Origin: Tubiluchus corallicola
Lineage: Eukaryota; Animalia; Priapulida
Direction: 5' to 3'
NCBI GenBank assembly: GCA_030141605.1
Contig: JAQGDQ010000517.1
Location: forward strand, 93,088 to 157,087
Length of the DNA: 64,000 bases
Of the stretch, positions 39,201 to 52,879 are shown piece after piece. Within the stretch, counting starts at the first letter, position 1. The number at the start of each line of letters is the position of its first letter. Under the pieces are notes generated by a model, which was not told where the DNA came from, searched no databases, and saw only the letters and a program-made list of their open reading frames with translations. Both the position numbers and the translations under genes were made by a program.

Positions 39201-42200
39201 AAGCAATGGATTTCCCAGTTTTGCCAAGACATATCCCTGGGCAGTGTTTAGTGTAATGGATATTAAAGTTCACTCCCTTTCTGGTAGATATTTCTTTCAA
39301 GACAGCTACCCTTCTTACACTAATGAACTTTCTCAGGACAGTGTATTTGGAAAAAATAATATGCTACATGCAATTTGTTGCAAAATATGACAGCCATTTT
39401 TTTTATCAATTGGTTGATTTCTTCCAAAAAATTCAGTCTAAAACTGAATTCTTTCATCTTACTGATGCTAACATTTGAAGAAAAATCTTTGAAGTTTGAC
39501 ATCTATCAATACAAGCTGTACACAAAGTTCAATGTCCGCTTATGAAGTGTTAAAACCCAAGATCTTCTAGCTGAAACAGCTTCTAACTACAATAATTCCA
39601 ACAAATGCGAAATTCAGAAAATTGCTTGAACAGGTCAGTGAACCAAACAAAATTATTACACATGTATGTTCGTCAATATCTTCATTACCACCTGCATTGT
39701 ACAAAATATTATTTCTGCAAAATTTGGCAAGTTGCACTGCTACTTAAATTAAAAGATGCGACAAACTTCTCTGACGACACGACTCGCAACGGGTCTATTA
39801 TTTTTTGAAAACCCCACAGAGTTCCGTTTTATTTCTCTGAGTCTCGTACGCTTGAATGAAGAACTTTGTTATTTGGCAATTATAGACTCACATCTGCACA
39901 GGTATTTGGCAATTATAGACTCTCATCTGCACAGCAACACATGCTAACTGCAATTCTTTTTCAGTTATTTGCAATGAACAAAGGCTACAAGGGTTTATTC
40001 AGGATAGTCAAATGTAGGTTCTTTTGACAATTTATACAGCTGAGAAAAAAGCAAAAGGTTAATGGACTTACCCTTCCCATAAGAACTTTATTAACAGCAC
40101 ACTGAGTGTTCTTTCTCAAGTCTAATCCACTGACTTTTGGTTGTTTCATCAAATCTAAAAACCAAATGGAAGGATTAAGCCTCAATCACACTACCAATAT
40201 TCCACGCTGCACTAAAGATAATTATCTCTTAGCTTATAAGCATAATAAGAACAACTGCATAGCAGACAGTTTCACATAGAATATACTGTGTTGCTTTGTA
40301 TTGCATTGTCAACATTATATTACACATACAGCTGTATATGTAAATATATAATTTTAGCAAACATCACATTCTGCAGACCTACCATTGAAATGCATAAACA
40401 TGCAAAAAGTATGTACTTTTGCAATATTTATGTTTACAGAAGGATTAACATTTCAATTTGTGTGAACTCTGTAATGGAAAACAAAAACTATTAACTAACT
40501 ATCAAAATCTGGCAATTTTGTCCACTCATTCAACTTTCCATTGCAGTAATAAAATTTCATTGTAAGTTAGAGCAAGCCCTCAATTTATCTTGATACCTGT
40601 CGAATAATTAAAATTAATGGTAATCTAGTAAATCCAGCCTGATGATCACCAAAGCTTGGTAGCATCATGAAATTACAATTAATCTTAATTTTGTGATTCT
40701 TTAAGTTCAGTTTCGGCTAACATCAGAAGTAATGAGAAATTGCAATGTTATCAGCTCAAAAACAACATTTGACCGCAAAGCCATTCACTATGAATGGTTG
40801 AAAACAATGTTCGGTCAACAACAATGCACTGAGCAGTGAACTAAACAGTGAATTAGTTAAGATAGGTACTCATAAAACTTGGGTTATTTTTTACTTTTTT
40901 ATGAAGAATGATGTTTTTTTTATTTAAGAACAGCTATTATGCCAAACATGGATTTAATTCTTTTACATATACTTTGCACATCATGAATAATTCATAATAC
41001 AACATAATACTTCAAGCTCGATTAAAACATTTTTCTTGAAAAACTGTCAGGCTTATTAGTTCCATTTCTTCCAAAAAGTGTTTATAACACGTACTTAAAC
41101 ACATCTCTTATTCACTCATAATTGTTGTAAGTTAATTAAATCTGTTATACTTATTTAATGTACCAGTTATCAAGCAAGAAGACTGAGTTTTAATTACATC
41201 GTGAATTACATAAGCTAATCTTGTTTTTATGATAACAGGATATAAAAAATTCGTCAAGAGTTGTAAAATGACAAACCGGCGCTTTCCAGTCTAGCACAAA
41301 ACACGCCAATTGTAATCAATTAAAGCAGCCATAGCATTTAAGCAATTCACGCATTCAAAATTTGTTGCAAATTATATAGTTTGAGTTACTACTTTTTTAA
41401 AGTTACTACAACTCTACAATCTAGGAAAAAAACAATGCAATAGTTCTAATTTAGACAAACAGAAGAAGCATTAATCAGAAAAGCTTGCTTTAAGACATAA
41501 AATTATTTTAAGTCAGTGTTATAAGTGGGATACCACATGGTTCAGTGAAACAAATGCACACCAATTACTGCATTTTTGACACAAAAAAGCAGACGTATGC
41601 CATTATACCTTTTTATAACACAAAGCAAGTGAACGTAGTTTCAGTATAAATCTGTTTTTGTAAAATAAAGCTGTGCATTCATCATACATGCCTGCAAATT
41701 ATTATTCGCAACTTATATGTTACAACTTTTACATGAGTTATTATCCTATAATAAAAACATATATGTTGATGTTATAGTTTGTGAAAAAATTAAAATGAAG
41801 TTAATCAATATAACTGTGATCAAATGCTAGACAATAATTATTTTCATTAATGTATGCAAGGCATTCAAAAATAAGCAAGTGCAAACAAACCCAGTTTAGC
41901 CTCACAAAATTACTACTATATGTGCAAAAATTGTATGAGACTATATTACGATGCTAGCAAACAGTTCCAATTGTTTCTATTGTTTTGTATATAAACACAT
42001 CAAAGGAGTGTGTCACCCATTAAAAGACTGTTGTCACCTGTCACCTCCCAAAGAGGAACTACTATTGTGTGATACGCCCAACTAGAAAGTCATTAAATCA
42101 TTATTAGTACAAGCACAAGCAAAGCCGTCTCATAAAGCTTTTGAGACGCAGCAGTCATTCACCGAGCTTACAGTGTCGTCTATGACATGCAATTTGTTCA

Positions 42201-45200
42201 TTTAGAAAACTCGCCGGCTAATTTACGAGCAGGGTAACAGATTAAACACCTTGGCGAGAAGAAAACGCAGTCAAAAGATGCATCGTAATGGTTCAACTTT
42301 ATGACGAATGTCATTAAAATGTCCTGACTTTATGACAAATGTCACGAGAATCCAGACCGTACATCATATTTCCCATTTTGATTAGGATAATAAAAGATTT
42401 CATTGCCAAACGAAGGAGATAATAAGAAATGTACATAAAACACGCACTCCATTATTTTCTTAATCATAATAACATCCGATAGATAGAAACTTGATTTGAA
42501 ACAAACAATCATTTTCCGTGCCTGCAGGACATGATCAGGCATACATGTAATAACATGAGCAACTTTGCCTGAAGAGACATAAGAGATCCTAATATAATTT
42601 ATTAATGCGACTGCAATTCCTACTGGTAAATGGATATCATATCTAAGGTTTCGCTGTCGGCATCAGAGCTATCCACTTATTAAAATGTTATTAAATATTA
42701 AGGGCAGTGGAAATAAACAGCATTATAGAGAAAAATTTGAGCAGAAAAGCTGAAGTTCTAAACTGAATAATAAGCACTATACATAGTCAACAATCTGTTT
42801 TACAATAGCAAAAAATGACTTAAAAATTGAAAATTCGTAAAATGTTTGAAAAAAACAAATGCAGAGCAACTTAGCTAAGTAATTCTGACATTGTTTTTCC
42901 TAAGCACTTTTAACCACCTTTTACCTAGTAAACTTTCTTACCTTATGTAAGTACATGTATTAACCAAAAGATTACAGAGTAACTGTGAAAGCCATTAAAG
43001 TTGTGTCGTTTACACCATTAACATACACATTATCAAGATAATCGACTTTGTATACACTTCAGCACTCTACAAGGTGCAATCCAGCACTAAAGGGACAGGG
43101 TTTATTCAATTGTCTGCAATTGAGGCACCTATCTGACTATCAAGGATAATCTCCAAAATTAGACACTAGAATGTCTAGTGTTTAGGTGGCAAAATGTATC
43201 TCAGCAACACCCATCCATTCACTACTCGCTCAGATTTGCTTAAGTTTGATCTCTAAGCACACAGAGGAACCACTAGAATATCCATCTGACCTCATTCCCA
43301 AATTATTCACTGGTTCCCAGCTACACGTAGAAAATGCAAAAAGATTCTAGATTCTAAGAAAATGCACTAAGTAAGTGTACACATGATTACACTCAGTTAT
43401 AGCAGACATACCTTCACGGGCAGCTACAATGTCAGCAACAGAAACATTGACATCCGGCGAAAGCCCAAGTCTCACTGGTTGATAAACAGACGCCATTTTG
43501 TCCTCCCGGCCCTGTAACACAGCAACAGCATTTTTCACGTTTTTCGACACACAAGGCACGTTTATCAATTGCATCTCCAAAAATGATCAAACAAAATACA
43601 TCAAGAACCAAAGGAGATGGAAATTTTATAATGCTCAACCTGCATGTTCTCAGGACTTTACAATTTTGTCCTCACTCCTAACCATCAGTGTATTCTAGTA
43701 CAGTCTCAACTGACTAGGGAGCACATAAGCCTGGCTGCTGCATACAGAGCTTTGGCACATTAACGAAAATTTTCGTTGCCATCACAGACTCCTTTTTCCT
43801 CACATTTGAAGTTCGATAGAGGTAATACTAATTAACATACTTAGATCCTTGTTAGATCCTTGAGCTGTAACCAGAAAATGGTAAATTCATGTCTCGTTTC
43901 AGCTGTCCTGATTCTACCTTGCTTAGAGCCCAAACTTGAGACTCGAACCCTAAAAATCTAGCTTTGAGCCAACTTGAGACTCGAACATGCAACTCTTGAA
44001 TCAGGCATCAAGAATCTAATCAAGTGAAGATAACAAGCATGGAAGTAACATGGTACTTCTAATATGCCAACATAGCAAGGAATTATCATAAAATAGAAAA
44101 AAAAAAAAAAAGATTAAACAGCTTATACATGAGATTAACCACTTCATTCCTTACTATCATCTTATTCATAAGAAACCAAGGCAATGACCATCAATCAAAC
44201 TATTCTTCTTTAATTTCCCATTTATTATTCTATCACATTTCTTTAACCAGCCTCTCTCTTTCGCATGCTACTCACTCAGTCATGCAAAAATGTATGTTAT
44301 TATTCACTGCAAAATCCTGATCATCTCATACACCTTAAAGTATTCAATAACCCAGCAATAATAACCTTCCTCAGTAAGGCATGTCTCCGTCTGTGGAATA
44401 GGCCTATACTATGGATATAAAAACATTTTAGTCATCAAAATGTAAACTGATGTGCAATTAAATGTAAGGGAATTTCTGAAGGAAGGAACAATTGTACACA
44501 ATACTGTTTTATTTAACAAAAGCTTTATTGTTGATCCGCATAGCAAAATCTCACCTTTACTTTAGACTACTCCGCGCAATCCCTAAAAGAATTTGCTAAA
44601 TGCTATGGGATAGCTAGGTCTCTCAAATGTGCTTAGGCAGTCCACACTTTTTTACCCCAGCGCAGAATGTGAAACAATGATCTACAATACTGGCTAACCA
44701 AACTGATTCTTTTCGGCTTTTTGAACAGATTACTCAGACACTCGGTTTCTGTTTTTGCTTTAGTTTTCTACTACTTTTAAATCCTCTTTTGTTTACAGCA
44801 AATTAATTGCTCATTTGTTCATCTTTATCTTTCCTGATTTATATTTGCTGCGACCCAAGAGAAACAGCTGACTGATAAAGAGAATCCCATACAGTATTTT
44901 GGGGACACAATTTTGTGACAATGAATGGAACATTTATAACTATTTTCTTTTAATTCAGTAATGATTTTGGTAAATGGCAACACTAAAGTTGTACACACAG
45001 TATTAGTAGTAGCCTTATTCATGTGTAACGTGATGATCTCTATTGACTAGAAATGGTAAGCATTATAAACTGGTATCCCTTTACCTCCCTAGAGTACTAA
45101 AGCACTCAGCTGTTGAAATTTCATCATACTAGCAACATCCTCTAACCATAGCTGTATATTAATTTTATCTCATTGATGGTATACAACTCCATGCCCTTGC

Positions 45201-48200
45201 TTCTTTACAAAATCCAATATTCCCCTAGTCCCAAGGGCATACTTTTCTGAAAACAGCTTCAAAGAAGTGAAAATTCAAAACATAAATGGGCTTTGTGGAG
45301 AGCTCATTTCAAAAGTGTTACCATGGAAATAACACATTCACAGACAAATAAGACTCATCGCAAAGATTTATGCAGGTAATATACAGTTACAATGAACCCG
45401 CGCAGTAAATTCATTTTTCCACCTACGGAAATTAATTTTTGACAGGCTGTCACATAAATATGAATGAACAAGTATTGGATTATAAAGCTTCTTAACTACA
45501 GTGTTGGGGGAAATTTCACACTGCAGTGAATCTGATGTTTTACTCAGAAGAATAAAAGCCATTTGACAATCAGTTAGTCCTAATTGTGAAGTGTGACCAC
45601 TTCCAATTAAAGATTATTAACAGCTTGCTACTTGGAATAAAAACTTATTTTCAAATGTCTATTACAATGTCACCACTACATGTGTATAGTGGTAGATAGC
45701 AACAATTTTGAAATGTAGCTATATTTTGTGGAATACTTGATGATAAGGTAAAAGAGGAACATTTTCTTCCTACATGCAAACAGCTATCATATCCCTAATA
45801 ATAAACTTAACGGCTGTTCACCTTTCGTCTAAGAATCACACAGATTAAGCTGCCATAAATACCTTCATTCTCTCAGACCAATTAAATGACTGTATGGTGA
45901 CGTCAAGACGCTTCAACAACATCTGCCTACGTATTTTGTATTCGGATGCCAGATCATCAGCAATTTGTTGAATACTTTCCCATTGGGTGTCACTGAGCAT
46001 GCCCTTCAACAATGGCTTCCCTAAGGAATCAGGTGGCAATTTCGACAGCAGTTCCTTTACCTAGAAAAACAATACTGATTAATTCAGCAAATATTATTGC
46101 ATAATTTCTCTTAAAACAGTATACTTATTGCTAAACTTTGTAAAATGAGGAACTAAGTGTATATCTTATTACAATACTTTATAACTTTATATATTCTTAT
46201 ACAGCATAATATTTATAGTTGTAATTTGTATTCAAAACAAAATTGATAATAGTGTAAACTGCCAGTTCACACTGAAAGCGTTTATGCAAGGAGTTTCCTC
46301 AGCCAGGCAATAGTCTGACCAATTCTCTCCATTGAAAAAAAATTAACTCAATTTACGCACGGGATCTTCTAAGATTGATTAATGTACTTGTGCAAACAAT
46401 GACTGTTTGCCAGCACTATTAGGCCGATGATATATCACTATAAACATATTTTTAATCAAAATCACATAAGAGACAAAAGTAGCTCATGTGCTTCCATTTT
46501 GTTAAGTTTGTTCTGCTATAGATAAAGTAAATTAGAATAGTGAAGATGGTGGCAATTGCTTTTTTAGATTTTAGAACTCAGAAAGCTCATCTGACTATCA
46601 CTCACTTGCAAAAACGAAAGCAGGTGCAACTTCAATCTTTCTTTGAAAAATCAAAGAAATACTTTGGCACTTCAGTTTTGGGTAAGGCATTATGACTGCA
46701 GTGAGACAGACAAGCTGAGCACATTATTCTCTTAAGTTAACAATATAACGCTGTTAGCAAAAACATTTCCTGACTAAATACAGGCATTAGAAGTGTCCAT
46801 ACTTATAAGTACTAGAATAATTAAATAATTCTAAGAATTGTTTAGACACTACTCAATTACCCAAACTTAGCTACTCGTAAGTAAGGTGGGAAGCTTTGCC
46901 GTGAGACTGTCTTAATTTGAAAATAACTATAATGCACAAGGTTAAAAGAAAACAATCTAAGAAAGCTCAAACTATGGAAGCTCAAAACATTTATGATCTA
47001 AAAAGATCATGACTAAAGACCCTAATATATGCAAGTAAAAAACCTTATTATCATATGCAAATAATAATGGTAAACTTCTCGTCAATGTGTGTCCAACTAC
47101 ATGACCAAGAGCACACACTGAGATCACGTAATGACAATTAATAACGGCGAGCATTAATGTCCATCTCCTAGCGTGTTGCTAATTATACCTGAGAGGATTA
47201 ATATTACAGTATACATTATCTTCAATCCCATTAGAAGCCAGGCCATTTATGATACGATGACATGGTAAATGAGATATGCTTGGGTAGGCAGATACCTGTG
47301 AAATTCAAGCAGGGTATTATGAAATGGAGATAGTGTACATATCAATGACGCATTTGAGTTAATAGACGAGAACAATGGGAACAAAATCAATACATATTGG
47401 TAAACTCAGCAAACTCATAAGCCAAAGCTATAAGAAAGCCTACAAATGTTTTTTTCTAAATAACACAACACCATGGAATGTTGGGACGGTTAATCGAGGG
47501 TTTAGTCTTGCAATTAGCAAAATCTCTAAATGCAGGTATTACAGTTGACTAAACGACATGCTCATTCAACATGCTTGGAGCATATTGTAGCAACCTAAAC
47601 AAGCACTGACCATCAGAAGTGGCATATCTGTACCTACACCAACATTTTTTGTAACTAGTCCAGGATTTTGATTCGAAACATTTTCGATGCAGAAAAATAA
47701 AAATAAACTTAATAAGCCAATAAGCCCTAAGGATATAAATTACACTTGACTAAATGACATGCTCATTCAGCATGCTTGAAGCACATTGTTGTAACTTAAA
47801 ACTGGCACTGACCATCAGATGTGGCATTTCTTTGCATGGGAACAAGACCAGCATTTTCTGTGACTAAATGAAGAGTTTTAACTCGAAAAATGTGTGACGC
47901 AAAAAAATAAAAATAAACCCAATAAGCCATAAGGATGTAAATTCGGAAAAACAGTAATGCTGTATTTAATGCACACATAATTGTCTCTATCATTATGGAC
48001 AATATGCAGTACCCATCATTAGGTCCTGATGCTAAAATACATGTATTATTATCCAAGTCTCTCATGTGGTGTTTCTTAATGTCACCAAATAAGTGTTATA
48101 ATGATTTATGAGCAAAAGAGAAAAATAAAAGTTTAAATATCCCATTAATGCTGAATATGTCACACAAAGAAAAGCCATCAAAAGACAAAGGAAACTAATA

Positions 48201-51200
48201 CAGCTGCTCCACAGAGGAGAAAAGGTACGAAAACTACTGAAATACTGAAATTAGTAGTGCAAGATGTGGCATCATTTTCTTTTTAATAAACCCTAGAAAT
48301 AAGCAGCACACTAACAGAGAAAAAATAGTCACAAAGTCATATTTGTTTGAAAATTCAAGAAAATAAATAACCATAGACGTATTCTCTCAAAGTTTTATTC
48401 CCAGTATATCCTGATACAAACAATGAACTTTTTTTCAAAATCTAAATGAGGTCGAAAAAAATGGAGTACTTAAAACGTAATTTAAAATCTAACAAGCTTT
48501 ATTAACTTTAATAGCAATGAACAAGAAAGCTGCTACAATAGGAATGGAATACAAAATCATGTACTGGCAAGTAGTGAGGTAGAGACATCTACAGGACATC
48601 AAAAGAATGAGACAAATCATGCAGGCAAACTGTTTTTCTAATTTGCCACTGTTTTTCTATTTGATTCCAAAAAGTAACTCAAGCCTAGAATTCTACATGT
48701 TTCATAAGGCAGGCTTCTTTTTATATTTAATGAAACAAGATTAGTTGCTAAACTCCATACAGTACTCTCCAAGTGAAATTTTTAATGAATTAAGGGAAAT
48801 GAATTTACTCATTACACCAGCAACAAATCACTACAAGTTGCTTGCCACAGAATTTTTCTAGAAAAATATACAAAATGCAGCAGGAGTTTTAGTAGCCCAT
48901 AACACGAGCTGAATAGAATCATGCTGTTAAGAGAATTTAATCCTTAAAAATCAGTTACACACTATGGATGAAAATAGATAAAACAAGATGTGAAAAATTG
49001 CTGAAAACCTAAAAATAAGCTAAATAAATGTGACTAATTCTTAATCTTATAACCATACCTTATTAAAAAGTCGTAGGTTTAGATGCCTAGCTACTTAAAC
49101 AATTATCAAAAGCATCCAGCTCACCTTTGGCTCAACTTTGCTGAACAGTTGGAATGGTGTGATGTTAGCAGGAGGTTTGGCAAATCCAAGTGCTACTAGC
49201 ATAACCTTCAAATCCTTTGCAGGCTCACTTTCATTCTGTCATAAAACAATAAAAGTAATCTAGAAACAAACGATTCTGTCATAAATTGTCCAAAATTTGT
49301 AAAATATTAGACCTAAACAGTACGAAATTAGTTGTTGTTCAATCATGAAAAGAAATGTGAAAGATTCAGTTCCTTTGCCGTTGCATAACTAAAGCAGTGA
49401 GATTACTATTTATAATGTTGTCCCCGACCAAACAAATATCTGTGGTTAATTAAGTTAAGCAAATTAACAGTAATTACATAATTTATTAATTTAGATAAGA
49501 AACTAATTAGTCAATGAGCTATCTTATTTTACTTAGTTTGCACCAGGAAATTTCGCTTCCCCTGCAAAATGTTTTTCATTTCTGGCACCTACACAGTGGC
49601 TATGCTAGTCATTACACCCTCTAAAACTAAGTAATCTTCAAAAAAGTCATTGAACAAAGTAAACCACACACTGTGAAATGCAAACGAGAAGTAGCTACTA
49701 CTGCCACCTACTGACAAATAAGGTAAAATAAATGTCAAATAATGTCAAGAAATATAAGGCCATTGAAGAAATCTTGAATAAAATATAAATTTTCCATTTT
49801 TTTCATGAGACCACACGTTAAGCCTTATTTTGAATTATTTCGACGATAAGATTTAGTTTATTGAATTTTTGGCATATCGTGTAACAAGCTAATTCTCAAT
49901 ACCAGGTAACTAAAGATTCAACTTACATGTTATGAACAGTCTAACTAAAATTGGAGGAGCTTTGCAAATTCAGCAAGGTTTTTTTAAGTTTACTACATAA
50001 CTTATTAATATTCAGGAGAGTTAACACTTCTAAAAACAAGACAGCTTTTAACATGAGGTATTTTGTTCCCATCCTTACAAGAAGCTTAAAAGGCAATCAT
50101 TAGGTAATGACAGTACTATACCACTTTAACGACGAGGTTGCTCTCAGATGGATTCTGTTGTTCAATCATCTTGGCAGCCATCAATTCAGAACAGAGAAAG
50201 TCAAGTAACATCCATCGTTTTTCAATGGTAGATAGACGATCAGCAACTGGTCCTTCTGTTAGTATTTTCCTTGGGCAATCTGCAAAAAATTTAATTCATG
50301 TACAGCTCTGCATACGTTATAGAAAAGCAAGACATCTATGTCATATAGTCATGACTAAATGACTAACATGGAGCTTTTAACCAACTCCGCTGCAAAATAG
50401 AAAGCTTTTAATTATGTAATTATTTCAAAACCTACAAACTGTGGAAGAGAGAGCTGGCAAAGAACACCAATAAAATGAGCACGAGCAAAGACAAATATCA
50501 AACAAGTTTATGTCTAATTATTAAGAGTTTGACTGAGGAGACTGGGCGGAAAAATGTAATAAACACGGATCCAATGAATTCCATTAAACTATCCAGTCTA
50601 TAATGGAATGATTATTTACTGTTAAGATTTCCTACAGAAATAAACATATGTAAAATCAAGATGTATTTACAAAAAAAAGAAAAAAGAAAAAAAGCAGGTA
50701 GATGTTAATGGCAGACAGACAAATAAAAAAGCTCTAAGCCCAATAAACAGAACTTAAATAAAAGTATCCAGGCAGCCGATTTCACAAAAAATATTATAAT
50801 AATAAAAGCTTCAAAAATTGAAGCAAACCTTCATCAGAAAACGGAAAATGGTGTTGTATCAGAAACGTTAGGCAATGTTGCTGTAAGGATGAGAAATCAT
50901 ATGTACTCTCGTAAATGAGCTAAATAGCTGGATGGCTATGTAGGATCAGCGCATGCCGCCAAATTTGCACTTTTATATCCCTCACTGAGGAGCCAGTAAA
51001 TAAAAAATCTACATAATCTTATCAAAGCAAACTGCACGAAATTTCATCTTTACTAGCCAGCTGCTGTTTATGGATAAATCAGAATATTGAAATAAAAAAA
51101 ATTTCTTACCTAGTTCTCGAAGGAAACCACTCAGCTCCAACATAAGAGAACTAACATCATCTTCAGCTGAAAGTAATAGATGGCGTGAGCAAAATGTAGA

Positions 51201-52692
51201 AAATAATGCGCACGCAAGACTGCAAGTACGTTTGTATAGAAACCACAACAACACAACATTCGAGTAAGCTATTAATCATGATACTTTTAAAGTCTATTTA
51301 TTGCTGCACTCATAAAAACTAAGATATGGAAGCAAGCTTTTCATTTTCTCTTCAGTGGAGCAATATGACTATCAGTGAAAACAATGAACATTTAAAATAT
51401 ATCAGCTACTGCACTAGTGCTTACTAAAGGCAAGTTACTATATAGCCTACTCTGAGTTACATGCCAGTGTATTTGTGCATGTAATTGACAGTACTTAGCA
51501 CATTTCTCCTAAGCTTTCCACAGAGAGCTTTAACAGAGGTAGCATCTAAACTTTAGTAAAAAGTTTCAGATGATCTATGCCTGTCATTTCATGTACAGTA
51601 CAGTATATAACAGGTCTCAAGTCTTAGCAGCAGTGGATTTAAGAATTTGTCTGCACACTTCTTTCACTCATTTAAAAACTCCTGGAGTCCTCAAAATGAT
51701 GACAAAAAACTAGTGTTTTAAAACACTGTTAATGAAACCCAAAGAGACTGCAGTTTTTCCAGTATATGCTTATTCATTTATTATATTTTATTGCACATTA
51801 AAATTTTCTTAAGATATGGGCCACCTTAAGAAGTTAAAGTATAAAACAAAAAAAGAAGAAACTTACATACCACCTATTGAAGACTTGCTGTTTTTCAAAA
51901 TATAAGTAAGTGTTAAACTACTTTTGAAAAGTTTTGATGTTTCTAGAAGAGTAAATTGTTTCATACTGGCACAACAATCATAACACTCTTACTAAGAGAA
52001 AAATGATCAAACCTCTCTGTAGTGTTTCTACAAAGATGCACAGTTTTGCCTTGGTTGATCTTGTAAAAATCTCTTCTGGGTCTAAATCAAGAATTAGAGA
52101 TATTGTTTATGTATGCAAAATAACACTGCAATAATTTTACTCATCTATACCACTAATTGCCTCTTCCAGCTTGCATAAAACTTTTAGCTCTCTGCTAAGC
52201 CATGCTACAAGATTTGTGAATTCCTGAGATTTGACGCCTTCACTCACAGCCTGCGTTAGAACACCATCTTCACAAAGCGACCCTTCATACCTGAAGAAAA
52301 AATTTTCACTTTAATAACAGTAATTAAAATTTTACAGCTCACTGTATAATTTCACACACGTAAACGATTTAAAAAAAAACATAGCCTAAATTAATTAATA
52401 CTATTATCTACACCATGGTGCCAACCCACCTAACCTGTGTGTAAATCTAACTGTGTTTTTAGCCCTTACCCACCATGTTTGTTTTGCTTGTTTCACCTCT
52501 TTTCATAATTTATAATATCATCACCAGTTAGCGAGTTGCTTTTGTCAGCGTCTATACTAACCATGCGCACCCCAAACTTTTAGTATGTCGCCAAAGACCT
52601 TTAGATGCATATTATTCAAGACTTCATTGAGATTAGGGGGAAGAAAATTCTCACCCCAAGTCTTCCAGTGCATCAAGTATTTCTTCTTCCAT
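26923..52692 (-). CDS. FAM98A: FAM98 family protein (FAM98A/B-like; RTCB tRNA-ligase complex subunit), 10 coding exons, ~442 aa
   Basis: Phase-consistent GT-AG exons 52692-52655, 52290-52151, 51166-51110, 50279-50122, 49235-49125, 46060-45863, 43511-43412, 40154-40072, 30733-30655 and 27287-26923. Motifs: MEEEILDALEDLGYEG, ELSGFLRELDCP, EYKIRRQMLLKRLDVTIQSFNWS, CAVNKVLMGRVPDRGGRP, PPPPEMP, RGG/YQGGGG tail. The exon 2 donor is uncertain, and the A/B paralog name is nominal for an invertebrate. Confidence 0.93.
28285..29460. repeat. Degenerate internally repetitive element in a FAM98 intron, interrupted by a ~600-bp insertion (28741-29340)
   Basis: Four copies of an AGTTTCATGATGATCTA...AATTGG..GAGCCTTAG motif at ~28310, 28460, 28555 and 28700. 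The unit resumes at 29341. Confidence 0.6.
30655..30733 (-). CDS. FAM98A: FAM98 exon 9
   Basis: VPDRGGRPYEAQPPPPEMPSFKKREA with AG/GT boundaries. Confidence 0.93.
33641..36480 (-). mobile_element. Decayed CR1/L2-group LINE (endonuclease + RT) in FAM98 intron 8
   Basis: Frameshifted ORFs: APE endonuclease (DVVCITEAW, RNDRKDRRGG, GNFN, ILDKVYTN, SDHNTV) and RT (PHLWKSITVVPIPK, NQFGS, ILLLDF, VPQGT, KYVDDT, FNSSKSKEM, SDNLTWNVHV). 3' hairpin TGTAACCTTCAGGTTACA and AATAAACCTTT tail repeats at ~33645-33700. Confidence 0.9.
37805..37981. repeat. Dispersed repeat with a direct copy at ~39077-39240
   Basis: CGACCATC(A/G)ACA(C/T)CATCAGCCTACTCA...AGTTTTGCC(C/A)AGACATATCCCTG is shared between the two sites. 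Confidence 0.85.
39077..39240. repeat. Second copy of the 37805-37981 repeat
   Basis: Aligns by eye with 37805-37981. Confidence 0.85.
39870..39932. repeat. 33-bp tandem duplication
   Basis: TATTTGGCAATTATAGACTC(A/T)CATCTGCACAG occurs twice. Confidence 0.9.
40072..40154 (-). CDS. FAM98A: FAM98 exon 8
   Basis: DLMKQPKVSGLDLRKNTQCAVNKVLMGR with a GTAAGT donor. Confidence 0.93.
43412..43511 (-). CDS. FAM98A: FAM98 exon 7
   Basis: GREDKMASVYQPVRLGLSPDVNVSVADIVAARE with AG/GT boundaries. Confidence 0.9.
43925..44035 (-). mobile_element. Degenerate tRNA-derived SINE head with duplicated B box
   Basis: GTTCGAGTCTCAAGTT occurs twice on the minus strand; the A box is poorly conserved. Confidence 0.4.
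45863..46060 (-). CDS. FAM98A: FAM98 exon 6
   Basis: VKELLSKLPPDSLGKPLLKG...RRQMLLKRLDVTIQSFNWSERMK. Confidence 0.95.
47545..47943. repeat. Diverged 201-bp tandem duplication (2 units)
   Basis: TTGACTAAA(C/T)GACATGCTCATTCA...GCACTGACCATCAGA(A/T)GTGGCAT starts at 47545 and again at 47746. Confidence 0.88.
49125..49235 (-). CDS. FAM98A: FAM98 exon 5
   Basis: NESEPAKDLKVMLVALGFAKPPANITPFQLFSKVEPK. Confidence 0.92.
50122..50279 (-). CDS. FAM98A: FAM98 exon 4
   Basis: CPRKILTEGPVADRLSTIEKRWMLLDFLCSELMAAKMI. Confidence 0.92.
51110..51166 (-). CDS. FAM98A: FAM98 exon 3
   Basis: EDDVSSLMLELSGFLREL with a GTAAG donor. Confidence 0.88.
52151..52290 (-). CDS. FAM98A: FAM98 exon 2
   Basis: YEGSLCEDGVLTQAVSEGVKSQEFTNLVAWLSRELKVLCKLEEAIS. 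Donor chosen for phase compatibility with exon 3. Confidence 0.85.
52655..52692 (-). CDS. FAM98A: FAM98 exon 1
   Basis: MEEEILDALEDLG with a GTGAG donor. Confidence 0.9.
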
Positions 52693-52879
52693 AAAAAAAG
52701 CCACACAGCAAACTACTTTGAAAGAAAAATGAGAATGGAAAATATCAATGGAAGTAATCGGCAGCACCTAAATGCACCTCATGAAGATTTTCCGATTCTA
52801 TAGGGTATGACTGATACAGCAGAAACACGAAATTATCGGTAGATGGCAGAGCCTTCGATTATGTGTTTCACGAGTCATC
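52693..52879. promoter_or_regulatory. Inferred bidirectional promoter and 5' UTRs shared by FAM98 and PSMD8
   Basis: 187 bp separate the divergent ATGs at 52692 (-) and 52880 (+). Confidence 0.7.

Noticed and set aside
42648-42666. Minus-strand CTGATG-CCGACAGC-GAAAC resembles a minimal hammerhead ribozyme core
   Set aside because: The conserved CUGANGA is incomplete and stems I and III could not be built.
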